From positions 40,982,001-41,046,000 of the forward strand of contig CM022670.1 of the NCBI GenBank assembly GCA_012295275.1: a stretch of DNA of 64,000 nucleotides, in the 5' to 3' direction. This stretch comes from Chrysomallon squamiferum. Taxonomy: Eukaryota; Animalia; Mollusca. Under the pieces are notes generated by a model that worked only from the letters and a program-made list of their open reading frames with translations, was not told the origin of the DNA and ran no database searches. Positions 40,201-54,032 of this stretch are shown here, in pieces (the first letter of the stretch is position 1; each line of letters opens with the position of its first letter). A program made the position numbers and the translations under genes.

Positions 40201-43200
40201 TTTTTCTTCTTTATTTAAACTTTTTTATGCTATTATTTTTGTATAATTATTATTTTATTTTTATTTTTTATTGTTGTTCTTTGTTGGGTTTTTTTGTTGT
40301 TGTTTTTTTTATTTGGGTAGGTTTAATGAGTTTCTTGGCTTTCAAACAGTTAAATATTTTTATATATCTGTTGATTAACTGCTTTGTACATTTCATTTTT
40401 CTGAAAATCATTTTAATAAACCTTTTATTATGACTTGTTTTTTTATAATTTGCAAGTTATAAATGTGTATAAATTTAAACTTGGTGTGTTTCAGACTGTG
40501 GTTTCCATGTGTGGATGTGTTTTCTGAGCTGTGTACGTGGAAACTGGAGTTCACGGTGGACAGGGACATGACAGCCGTGTCGTGCGGGGACCTCATTGAG
40601 ATCATCTACTCACCTGACATGAAGAAGAAAACCTTTCACTACTTCCTGTCAACACCCACCGCAGCACCTAACATCGCCCTGGCTGTCGGGTAAGATGAGA
40701 CAATCCACAGAATTAATATAAATAACACATTGGCTTTTTCACTTTCAGCGTGTTTTCACATATTGAAAAATCTGAATGAAGAGCTTAGATGTAAAAAAAT
40801 AAAAAATTTGATTTAAAAAAAGAAGAATGTTGTGGAAGAAATAGTAATATTTAATACCAGTATCTGCTTTGATGATGCTGTTTCCATAGCAACTACATTT
40901 CTGTTGTTATTATTAGCACAACTGTTACAACATCTTCACCTATAATGTTATACTGTTGAATTCTGTTGTGATGCTACTGTCAGTAATATTGATATATAAG
41001 AAGTTGTTTAATTAATTTGTATATTACATAGATGAAAAGGTACTTGTGTTATATATTTAATATTTGGGATATTTCTATTAGAAAAATTACCACACCTGTG
41101 TATGCGTGTTTAAACTGTTTAATTTATAATTTCAGGCCGTTTGAGATTGTGGTTGATCCGTACATGCATGAAGTAACTCACTTCTGTCTGCCTCACCTGT
41201 CCTCCATCTTGAAACACACAACTAGCTACTTGCATGAGGTACCTGTATTTATATATTTATATTTTTTTATTAATATAAATGCGTATTTCATTTATCCTCC
41301 ATCTTGAAACACACAACTAGCTACTTGCATGAGGTACCTGTATTTATATATTTATATTTTTTTATTAATATAAATGCATATTTCATTTATCCTCCATCTT
41401 GAAACACACAACTAGCTACTTACATGAGGTATCTGTATTTATATATTTAGTTTCTTTTTATTTATTTTTTAATTTAATACTATAAACATATATTTAATTT
41501 GTCGTCCATTTTTAAACATACAACCAGTTACTCAATGAGGTATGTGTATTTATAAGGTATGTATTTATATGTTTAGATTTTTTATTTTGAAAAATTCATC
41601 TAGCTATTTAACATGAGATGTATATATAAACACATAGGGTATTTTTTTTATTATTAATATAACATATATTTCATTTTCTCACACTTTATGAAACTCATCA
41701 ATAAGTAATTAAGAGATTTCTATATTTATTTTTTAAATTTATTTATTAATTAGAATCATTATATTTTATTATCCAAATCCAGCAGCTCATTAAAACTGTA
41801 GAAACTGTATTTAATTATTTATGAAATAATTATTAAATTATGCATTTGTTCTGTCTCTGAAAACAGAAAATGTAGATTTTTTGGGATGATGAAAACTGTT
41901 AACATATTACTGTACACAGCATCATTAAACACTTGTTTGTTTGTTTCTTTATTTCCAGTCATTTGAGTTTTACGAGGAGCTGTTGTCAAGCCGATACCCC
42001 TACTCGTGTTACAAACAGGTGTTTGTAGATGAAGCCTACGTTGATTGTGCTTCGTATGCTACCATGACAATATTCAGGTAGACCCGAAAAATTCACTTTT
42101 ATGTGTCTGTGACTGATACTCGAGTAGACTAAAAGTTTAAACACTATTTCCAGAAATGTTTTTCTTCTAAGATGGATTTTAAATCTGTTCAGTTCTTAAT
42201 TATATTTATTATTGTAAAAAGATGGTGAAAAATGAGAGAGGGAAGAGAAAGGTAGTGAGAAAAGTAAGTAAATTTAATAAATTTGTGAAAAAATTATTCT
42301 GCAGTTTTAATTAATCTAGTAAAAAAAAAATTATATTTTGAAACATAGTAACTAGTAAATATGTTTTATATTTAATTTATTAATTCATATTATTTTTTAT
42401 TTTTTATATTTTTTCAGTACTAATCTGTTGCACTCAGCTCGTATTATTGATCAGACGTTTGAAACTCGACAGTTAATGGCAGGAGCCATCGCTTACCAAT
42501 TCTTTGGTGCTTTTATTACAATGCAATATTGGTATTAATTTTTATTATATGTAAAATTATTATTAATGTTATTTTTATTACAATGCAATATTGGTATTTT
42601 ATTTTATCAAAAAATATTTTTATTATGTATAAAATTATTATTAATGTTATTTTTATTACAATGCAATATTGGTATTAATTTTACTTTATCATTAAATATT
42701 TTTATTATTAATGTTATTTTTATAACAATTCAATAATGGTATTGATTTTACTTTATCAAAATATTTTTATTATGAAAAAAGCTATTATTAATGTTATTTT
42801 TATTACAGTGCAGTATTGGTATTAATTTTACTTTATTTCAAAATAGTATTTTTGTTTTTTTTTTTTTTAATGTATCAAAATTTTTACTAATTTATACTGA
42901 AATTTTATATTATGCTCTAAAACACTTATTTGAAATAGGGTATTTTTTATTTCTTATTTATTAGTTCACTGTTCAGTCTTAGATTATTATGAAAGATATT
43001 TTAACCTTTATTTTATATTGTTTTATGCTATAACATCCTAAATGAAATTAGCTGAAACATAAATTATTTTAAATACTTTTTACCTATATTGCACTGTTTT
43101 ATACTATAAAATTCTAAATGAAATCAGCTGAGACATAGATTATTTGTAAATATTTTTTACCTATATTTTACATTGTTTTTCAGGACTGATGCTTGGTTGT

Positions 43201-44637
43201 CTAAGGGGATTGCTGGCTACCTGACGAGTCTGTTTGTTAAGAAGACATTTGGAAACAACACTTACAGATACGCTGTGTCAGAGGTAAGTGTTGTCTGTTT
43301 GAGATTGTCTCCACTTTGCATCACTTGCTACTACAAAGTGACATCTGAATAAAGCTTGTAGAGTTAAACTTGACTATGTTAAAAGTAGTGTATGAGCTGT
43401 GTTTGAGATACACAGTCGTAGGTCCTTGACAATGAGGCAGTTTCACATTGCATTTCTTATTGAGATTAAATGGTTTTTTATCACAATATGAGGTAACATT
43501 TGTGCAATGAACTGAAAGATATGACTTCAGTTTTTCCAAATAAGCAGTTTTATTGAGATAGGACTTGAAACAGAGAATAAATCAAGTATTCAAAAGTCAG
43601 TAAAATTAAGTTAAACCAATATGGCAGAGGGCCACTAATACAGGTGCTCAGGAGAACCTAATACTAGCCTAGTCATAAAACTGTAAATTTCATAATTGAA
43701 GTGATAATTCAAAATTAACATATATTAAATATGTGTTATATTTTATCAATATGTATTATTTATCTAATTTGATTAATAAGTGTTATTTATTTTATTTTAT
43801 TATTATTTTTATTTTTTTATTTTTTGATTTAACAGGATCTGAATGAGGTGTGTGATTACGAGACAAAGATTGGAGGAATCATTCTGGACCCGTCAACACG
43901 AGACAGCACCCACCACTTCTCAGTGAGCAACTACCACACCGTGTCACCTCGCTACTACAGAATGCTGAAAAAAAAAGCACAACTTGTGATGAGGATGCTG
44001 GAGTTTCGACTTGGGACAGAGCTCTTGCTGCAGGTATTGTCTAACATCACGTTTTTTGACTCTTGCTTAGAAAAAAATCTTTTATGTCAGACTTCATGAA
44101 TGTTTGATAAAATGTTTTGTTTAGCTGTTGTGTCGAGATGCCTACAGTTCATAAGCAAGCTACCACCAAGATTATATCAGTCATAGCCATGTTTTCCTTG
44201 TCTACATCTTGTATTTATATTTTTACATTGTCTGTATCTTGTATTTATATTTTTACATTGTCTGTATCTTGTATTTACATTTTTACATTGTATCTTGTAT
44301 TTATATTTTTCCCAGGTGCTCAACAAACTTCTGGCTCTTGCTTACGCAGCCTTGTCAACAGAAATTTATGACAAACTCCTGGGCTAACATGCTTCTGTCC
44401 ACTTCATCTGTGAGTAAACTGTAGCACTTTTAATATTTTCTACATCATCTGAGAACTCATAATATTTAAAAGATTTCTATTTACTGTGAAAAGATATTTA
44501 TTTTTATAAGTAATAATGTAATATCCTAAGGGTTTTATTAAATTTTAAATTAAAATTAATGACATCAAAATGTCTTGTCATATTGCTACTACTGTTACCA
44601 TTTATTTATTTAATTTGTTTATATATTATCTGTTTGT

Positions 44638-44680
<43 letters not shown>

Positions 44681-47384
44681 TTTTGTTCTTTTATTTACAG
44701 TTTCTTAAAATCATCTTCACTGTAACAGGCAAAGATATTCAGCCATTCATAGACCAGTGGATGTATCCTTGTGTTTTTTCACCTCTTTGTTCTCTTTTTT
44801 TTTTTTTTTTTTTTTTTTTCTAACTCTCCAACAAAGAATTTACTGGTTTTTGGAGATTTTCTGAAGAAAAAACTAAATAAAAAAAACCTAAAAATATTGT
44901 TCTGCTACTATTTATTTTGAATCACTGAAAGGTATGCAGTATCATATTAAGGCACTGGACAGTTGCTCTAAAGCAGTAGCCCTGATACAATGATTAATAT
45001 TTCATGAGGTACATGCTGAGATTTTTTTTAAATTTATTTTAAAATGCGAGTGCACATAAAAAAGATTCCTTGCTGCTGTTGTTGTCTTAACTGTTGGTCA
45101 GATATCAGAGTGGTTGTGCAAGGTTCACAGGGAGTTTTGTTTTCAATCGTAAACGTAACGTGGTAGAACTGGAGATGAAACAGGACTTGGGATCAAGGGG
45201 ATCTTTGAAATACGTTGTATGTTTTCTAATGTGTGTGTGTTAAACATTGTGTTGCCTGACTTAATAAATAATATAGTGATAAACAGTAAGCAATTTTTTA
45301 ATGTTTAGTTTTTTTTGAATATTGTTTTTACTGTCATTGATTTACTCTAGTAACAGATTTCATAAACTCTGATTCAAAGATTTTTAAGTGATCTTTTTTC
45401 CTTTCTTTTTATTTATTATAGGTTTTTTCTTTGTAATCAAATTTATTTGATTATACAGAATGGCTGTAGAAACTATTCTTAATGTACTGTTGCCAATATT
45501 TTAAATTTATGAACTCAATTTAAATTTAAATTATTGATTGTTTGAACCCAGGGGCCTCTGACTGTGACGATACAGGAGCTGGATGGGTCGTTCAATCACA
45601 CGTTTAAAATAGAGGAAAACAAAACAAAGTTTGAAATTACCTGTCACTCAAAAAGTAGAAGGTAAGTAATAAAAGTTACCTGTAATTATTGAAAACCTTA
45701 ATAAGTGAAAAGAGAGTTCATTAAAATAAAAACAACAACATAAGAAGTTGCATATAATTAATTTAAAAAAAAAGTCTTCAAAGATTTTATTTTGTTAAGC
45801 AACTAAGTAGCAAAATTTGTTTCTTTTCTTTTTCTCCTTTTTTTGATATTTTTTTTCAATTTTAAATGTGTTTTTTTAAATTATTTTTTATTATTATTTT
45901 TATTATTTATTTTAAAATTTTTTTTTTACAGAAACAAGAAAAAGAAAATTCCACTGATGACTGGGGAAGAGGTTGACATGGATCTTAACGCAATGGAGTA
46001 AGTTTCTTTCTTTCTTTTAAATATGTTTTATCTCACATCCACTTCACATTTACTAAAGATTCATTCATGATGATTTCTTTCTTACAAACTAACTGAAGAA
46101 TATTTTAAATCACATTGGTTTAAACATGTTTTCACTGACTGAAGTTACAAACTGTTGAAACCAAAGTTTTTGTTTGACTTTCTGTATTTTTACTGGAAGA
46201 TTTATAAAATATTTCTTTTGGATTTTGGCCTGATATTTGTACAGGAACAATACATTAATGTTAAAGAGGAGGCATTATTGATTAGAAGATGACTTCTGTA
46301 CTGGATCTGTGTGATTTTTTTAATTCTCCAGAGTTTGTTGTTCTCTGACTGGATTCTGTGTTTCTGACTCAGTTTATTGTTTATTGTTCTGTTCTTAGTG
46401 CTGACTCAGTTTATTGTTTATTGTTCTGTTCTTAGTGCTGACTCAGTTTGTTGTTCTGTTCTCAGTGCTGACTCAGTTTATTGTTCTGTTCACAGTGCTG
46501 ACTCAGTGTATTGTTCTTTGGCTCAGTTTATTGTTCTGTTCACAGTGCTGACTCAGTGTATTGTTCTTTGGCTCAGTTTATTGTTCTGTTCACAGTGCTG
46601 ACTCAGTGTATTGTTCTCTGGCTCAGTTTATTGTTTTCTGTTCTCAGTGCTGACTCAGTGTATTGTTTTCTGTTCTCAGTGCTGACTCAGTTTATTTTTT
46701 TCTGTTCTCAGTGCTGACTCAGTGTATTGTTCTCTGGCTCAGTTTATTGTTTTCTGTTCTCAGTGCGGACTCAATGTATTGTTTTCTGTTCTCAGTGCTG
46801 ACTCAGTGTATTGTTTTCTGTTCTCAGTGCTGACTCAGTTTATTGTTTTCTGTTCTCAGTGCTGACTCAGTGTTTTGTTTTCTGTTCTCAGCGCTGACTC
46901 GCCAGTCCTCTGGCTCAGAGTTGATCCTCAGATGCATCTGCTACGAGCTGTTTCCTGGGAGCAGCCTGACTACATGTGGCAGTACCAGGTCCGCTTTGAG
47001 AGAGACGTCGTAGCCCAGAGAGAGGTTTCTTATTTTATCTTACACACACACACACACACACTACACACACATACACAGACACATACATACACACACAAAT
47101 ACACACACAAACACACAGACACACTTATACACAAATACACACACATACACACAACACACACACTCACATACACATACACACACACAGACACACATAGACA
47201 CACACACACACACATACACTACACTAAACACACACACATGCACACACTTACACATACACACAAACACACACACACTACACACAAACATATACACAGACAC
47301 ACATACACACACAAACACACACATACACACATACACAAACATACATGCACACAAACACACACACACACACACACACATACACAA

Positions 47385-47439
<55 letters not shown>

Positions 47440-50400
47440 AACACACAGACACATACACAGACACACAGACACAAACACACGTACAAAATCACATACACAT
47501 GTACACAATCACACACACACATGTACAAAATCACACACACACACACACACACACAGAATTTAAGACAGTTAACTAAATTTTATAATCTTTGTTCTCAATT
47601 GTCAACTACATGTATTACATTTACAAATTGGTTTAGAATAATTTCAGCTTGGAAATTGTTTCCTTTACACCTATAGATTTTATTTTATTTTTTTTAACTG
47701 GTTTATGTAAGATGTTTGTGAATTGTAGGCAATTTTTGCACTGGAGAAGTTTTCCACACCCCAGACAAGAATGGCTCTGACTGATGTGATAGAAAATGAA
47801 CACACTTTCTACAAAGTGCGCACACAGGCATGTCTGTGTCTGGCCAAGGTTAGTCACAGTGAATGTTACAACTAAACAGCTTTAACACTTTCTTTAGACT
47901 GAAAAGTTACTTTTTTATAGAACCCCCCCCCAGTAAAAACAAGTATCACGATTATAAAACAAGTGTGTTGTGATGTGTGATACATTTTTAATTATTTCCT
48001 ATGCAGTTATTATGTCATGTCTTTCATTCAGATGTTTAAACACTGATATATTCATCTTTCACTCATATTTTCTTGTTTATCTTTGGACTCATTTGGGCTA
48101 AATTATTGCCATTGCTGTTCTATTTATCAGTATTGTGTATTCCTAGGTTTTTTAAATTTTATTATTGCATTTTTTGTTTCCTTTTTTTTTTTTTTTTTTT
48201 TTCACTTTATTTTCTGAATCTTTTTATTTATTTTTGTTTGTTTTTTTGGTGGGAGATGTTCTTTTTTCTTTTTCTTTTTTGAATTTTTAGTTATAAAAAA
48301 ATATATATATATTATGTTGTTTTTGTTGGCAAGGTGTTGAAGTTGAAAATGTTGCTGTTGTTTTCAGGTTGCTAACATGATGGTGTCCACGTGGACAGGT
48401 CCTCCAGCAATGATGACAATATTCCGCAAACTGTTCGGATCTCACTCCTGTCCTGCAATCATCCGACAAAACAACTTCACAAACTTCCAGCACTACTTTC
48501 TGCTGAAGGTGAACAGCTGGCTTTGTTCAGCTTCATATATCTAACACAGATACTAATTTCATATTTTTAATTAGCACTTTTTATTTTAAAAACAGAGGTA
48601 CAGATTAATAATAATGTTTTTGCACATATGTGTTTTTTTGTATATGTTATTTTTTTTATGAATTATATTCTGAAACTTTTAATCCAGTTAATTATAATTA
48701 TGTTTTTTAATAACTGTATCACAGACTGTTCCTATTGCCATGGCAAAGCTGAGAAATGTTCACAACATCTGCCCACCAGATGTGATGAAGTTTCTTCTCG
48801 ATCTCTTCAAATACAACGACAACAGCAAAAATAAGGTAAACTAAAAACACTGTCACATCAAATATACATTTATCTCACACATTTAGAATAAATATATACA
48901 CATGTACATACTCTTAATAAACAAGTGCAAACACACACACAACACACCCATAAACAGACATATACACATCCACAAATATATTTATGTTGTCCTTTTATTT
49001 TTAGTATTCAGACAACTACTACAGATCTTCACTGATAGAGGCGTTGTCCTCAACAATCACATCAGCTGTCACAACCATCACAATTTCAGGGTAAGTGGCC
49101 CTAACAACGCAGTCAAACATTTACAATTTACAAAGCAGTTAAGCAGTTATATATTAATTCAGTTGGAGATACTGAATTTTAAAATTTGGGGAATGTAGCA
49201 GTAATATATTTTTTAAATAATAAATCATCCTGCAAAATAATAGTATCAATTTTAGGTTGGTTTAATATGCTCAGTCTTTTCTTTAATTTTTGATGTTGGA
49301 ATATTGTGAATTAGTATTCCCATTAAATAAAATCTTTACATTAATATTGTTTCTCTTTCTCTGTGTGTGTGTGTTTGTATGTTTGCATGTGTACCTGTAT
49401 ATATATTTGCATGTTTAATTATGTATGTGTGTATTTATGTTTGTATTTATTTACTGCAGACAGAATTTGATGATGGACAGTCTGAATTCAGACACAAAGA
49501 TGATTCTGGAGGAGGTGACGAGATATTTAAACCTGGAGAAGCTGTTACCTTGTTACAGACACACAGTCACTGTCAGGTACTTGTCTTTCTCACTTTTAGT
49601 CAGTAATTAAATAACAGAAAACATTTTCCATATTCTCAGCATGTAAAATATTACAGTATTTATATATGTCTCTGCGTTTGTCTTTTTTAATGCTTGTACT
49701 TTGTATGAATTTTTATTTAAAAAAAAAAAAATTTACAGTGTTACATAATATTATATAATACACAGATTGCTACAAATTTTACATATTCTCAACATGTAAA
49801 ATATTCTACCCATTACAGTGTTACATAATATCGTGTAATACAGAGAAAAACTAAGATTTGTTTTTAAATAATTTTCAGCTGTCTGAAGATAATTCGCAGA
49901 CTGCAGAAGTTTGGACATCTGCCAAGTGAACTTGACCTGTTTAAGAATTACGCATCATACGGGATATTTAGAGACATCCGACTGGCAGCTCTAGAGTCTC
50001 TCGTAGACTTCATTAAATGTTAGTCTTTGTTAGACAGATAAAACATCTAGTCTAAACACTGATATCAAATAACAAAACAAAGACTGCATTAAATGTTAGT
50101 CTTGTTACAGAAATAAAACATCTAGTCTAAACACTGATATCAAATAACAAAACACAGACTGCATTAAATGTTAGTCTTGTTACAGAAATATACCTAAACA
50201 CTGATATCAAATAACAAAACAAAGACTTCATTAAATGTTAGTCTTTGATACAGAAATAAAACATCTAGTCTAATCACTGATATCAAATAACAAAACAGAG
50301 ACTGCATTAAATGTTAGTCTTTGATACAGAAATAAAACATCTAGTCTAAACACTGATATCAAATAACAAAACAAAGACTTCATTAAATGTTAGTCTTGTT

Positions 50401-50938
50401 ACAGAAATAAAACATCTAGTCTAATCACTGATATCTAATAACAAAACAGAGACTGCATTAAATGTTAGTCTTTGTTAGATAGATAAAACATCTAGTCTAA
50501 ACACTGATATCAAATAACAAAACAGACTGCATTAAATGTTAGTCTTTGTTAGACAGATAAAACATCTAGTCTAAACACTGATGTCAAATTATAAACATAG
50601 ACTTCTTTATATGTTAGTCTTTGTTAGACAAATAAAACATCTAGTCTAAACACTAATATCAAATAACAAAACACAGACTGCATTAAATGTTAATCTTTGT
50701 TACAGAAATATAAGGTTTAGTCTGAACACTGATATCAAATTATAAACATAGACTTCTTTATTTGTTAGTCGCTGTTAGAAAAATTTGTTAAATCATTGAT
50801 ATCAAATATTAATCAAAGACTTCATTAAATTTTAGTCCTAAAAGCATTCAGTCAAAACATTATTATTATTATAATTATTATGGTTGTTATTTATTATTGT
50901 TACTATTGTTTTTGTATTGTTATTGTTGTTACTATTTA

Positions 50939-50969
<31 letters not shown>

Positions 50970-51406
50970 GCTGTTATGACCACCACCATCATCATCATCA
51001 TGAATACATTATTTTGTTATTACTGTTATTATTGTTGTTATTGGCTAACTGTTCTTGTTATTTCTGAATGTTTGTGTTGAAAGCTGAGAACAAGGCTGAT
51101 CTGTTGCTGTGGATGTTGGATGTTGTAGAAACTGACCCGGATCATTACATCAGGTACCAGCCACCTCTGCTTTTACCTCGTTTAGTTTTTAGTCTTAGGA
51201 AAGTTTACTATTACAGGTGTAAAAATAACATACGTATTTCAAAAATATTTAGATTTTTTTAATTGTAATTAAAACGTAAAATTTAACGAAATAGAAAAAT
51301 ATGTCAGACATTGCTTGTTATTACATCTTTTTATTTTTTATTTAGAAACATTTATTCTATTTGAAATATAATTTTTTTTTTTATAGATTTTTGGGATGAA
51401 GTCTTG

Positions 51407-51442
<36 letters not shown>

Positions 51443-51687
51443 TTTTAGGTTTTAATGTGTTTTGGGGGTTATTGTCTATGGTGGTTTTGTAGATATTTGT
51501 TTTAATTTTTAAGTTAATAATTTTATTTTTTCAGGTACAAAACTCTGTGTTACCTGATAGAGAATCCACCATTCAGAAAAAATGAAACTTCATCACTGCA
51601 CAACTCAACTCTGGTAGAACGCTTGTGGAACCTCATGAAGTGAGACATTTCAACTTAAATAATACTGTACATGGTGTCTGTATGTAA

Positions 51688-51723
<36 letters not shown>

Positions 51724-54001
51724 GTGTGTGTAGGGGGTTTATAAAGCTTTCTTTTTTTCTTTTTTTTTTGATTAAAGTCAATGGCTTATTTTTTATTTTT
51801 TACTGTTTTTTTTATCATTATTGTTTTTATTAAATTTTATATTTATTACAATGTAAAAGATAGATAGACAGGCAGGCAGGCAAGCATGCGAATTAAAATA
51901 TATTTTTATTTTCATTTCTGGCCAGCATAAATTTTAAACTTGAGTTTAGGCTTTAAAACTGGTTGATATGTGGAAGTTTTTACATTTTGAAATGTTGTTA
52001 ATGTAAAACCATTTGAAGTAGTTAAATGGTTTTCTGAAAACTCTCAGATATGAAAATAGTTTCTTTTATTTCATCAGTTATTATTTAATTGTGTATGTCT
52101 GTGTGCATGTCTGTATGTGTGTTTGTGCATGTGTGTGTTTTATTTAATTTTTTTCTTTCTTTTATGCTTTGAAGTGTGTGTTTTTAAACTTTCTGAAGGT
52201 GCTGTAATTCAGAAGTTTAAAGATTGTGTTGTTGTGTTTCAGTTCTGGTTTCTCCTACGACAGTCGACTGAGATGTGCTGTGACAGATTTGTACTTCACT
52301 TTGTACGGCAGAACTCGGCCTTCCTGTTTGCCCATTCCAGAAGTTTGTCTACTTTCTCATCTTTTTTTATTATAAATGTCATCATTTTACAAAAAGTAGT
52401 TTTCTTCATTCAAACAAAATAATATCAGATTACTTGTACCTCAGGTTTTGTGTGGGGGATTGAAAGTATAATTTAAAAGAATGTTACAAACTTACAACTA
52501 ATATTTAAATCTAAATTATAAATTATAAATAGGATCTTTTATTTTCATTTGTTTATTTGTTTATTTTTATTTTTATGTTTATTTTTTATTTAAATTTTGG
52601 CAATGTACTTGTATTTCTTAAATATTTTTTTCTGTTCAGAAATGAAAACTTACTACAAGTGAACTAGCTAACAAATACTGTATCAATTTATTTGTGTACA
52701 CGTTTGTTATAATTGCAAAAATTTGTATTTTTTTAATTGGTTACAATTTCTTTCTTTTTTCATTCAGTGAACCACTTTATCAGCTGTGTTTTCTTTCAGT
52801 TATTTTGTGAAAACAGTCACTGAAGGATTTTTAAACAGACATTTAAATTAAAATGTACTTTCTGTGCTAACATAATCTCAAAACAATCACTCTGCTTTCT
52901 GTAAGCAATCATTGATAATGGAAGAATTTTAGTTACATAAATTATGATTTTAATTTGTTTTAGACTGTGATGGTTTTGAACCTTCGAGACAAAACTACAA
53001 TGTTGAACCCCTCAGTTATACCAGAGAAAACAGAGGTAAAAAGTTTAAACATGTTTGAAAAGTAAAGTTAATGTCACACAAATAAAAAATAAATAATGTA
53101 ATGTCATGATATTCTAAAGATATTATAGAATTAAAACAAAGAATTTGTTGTTATTTATTTAAAATGATATTAATTGTTGTATTAAGAATTAATTTATTGT
53201 TTAATAATATTAAAATGAATTAATTGTTTAATTATATTAAATTATTTGTTTAATTATGTTATAATTAATTATTTAATAATATTAAAATGATATTTGATTA
53301 TATTGAAATTAATTAATTATTTAATTATATTAAAATTACATTATTTGGTTATATTAAAATTAGTTAATTATTTATTATAAAATTAATTATTTATCTAATT
53401 ATATTAAAATTAATTAATTAATTATTTAATAATACTATAAATAATTGACTGTTTCTGTGTTTATTAAAAATAATTGACTGTTCTGTGTTTATTAAAAATT
53501 TGCTGACCAGGATGAGATGTTTGCTGAACAGGACAGACTCGTCACTGCAGCAGTTGGTCCATCTATCGAGACCCAGACCTTCGACACAGAGATCCTTGAC
53601 ATTGACGTGACCTCTGTGAAACACGAACTCACCTCCGCTCTCCTCCGACAAGACTCGAGCGAGAGAAAACATGAAGAAATTCTCAAAAGAAAAGTCGATG
53701 CAGATCTGCACAAACAGTCCCCAAGTCTTCTGCACATGTTGACAGAAAACATAAACCCAGCGAAAAAAATAAAACTAGAGGTACTGAGTTTATTCTTTTA
53801 TTATTTATTAATTAAAATTAGTTCAGAGAGACAGTCCACATAATTAGATCCCTAGACTACTACAGGTGTTAACAGAAAATGTATTTGTTATTTAAAATTA
53901 ATTTTGAGAGACAGTCCAAGACCAGTCTTCATATTTAAACAAAGAACATGAAAAAGAAGAAAAGCCAAATTATGGGATCTTAACCAATTAATAAAGTAGA
54001 A

Positions 54002-54032
<31 letters not shown>

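Noticed and set aside
46875-47576. 233-aa His/Thr-rich ORF and antisense Cys/Val-rich ORFs
   Set aside because: Only 46892-47024 is a TAF2 exon. The rest is (CA)n read-through.
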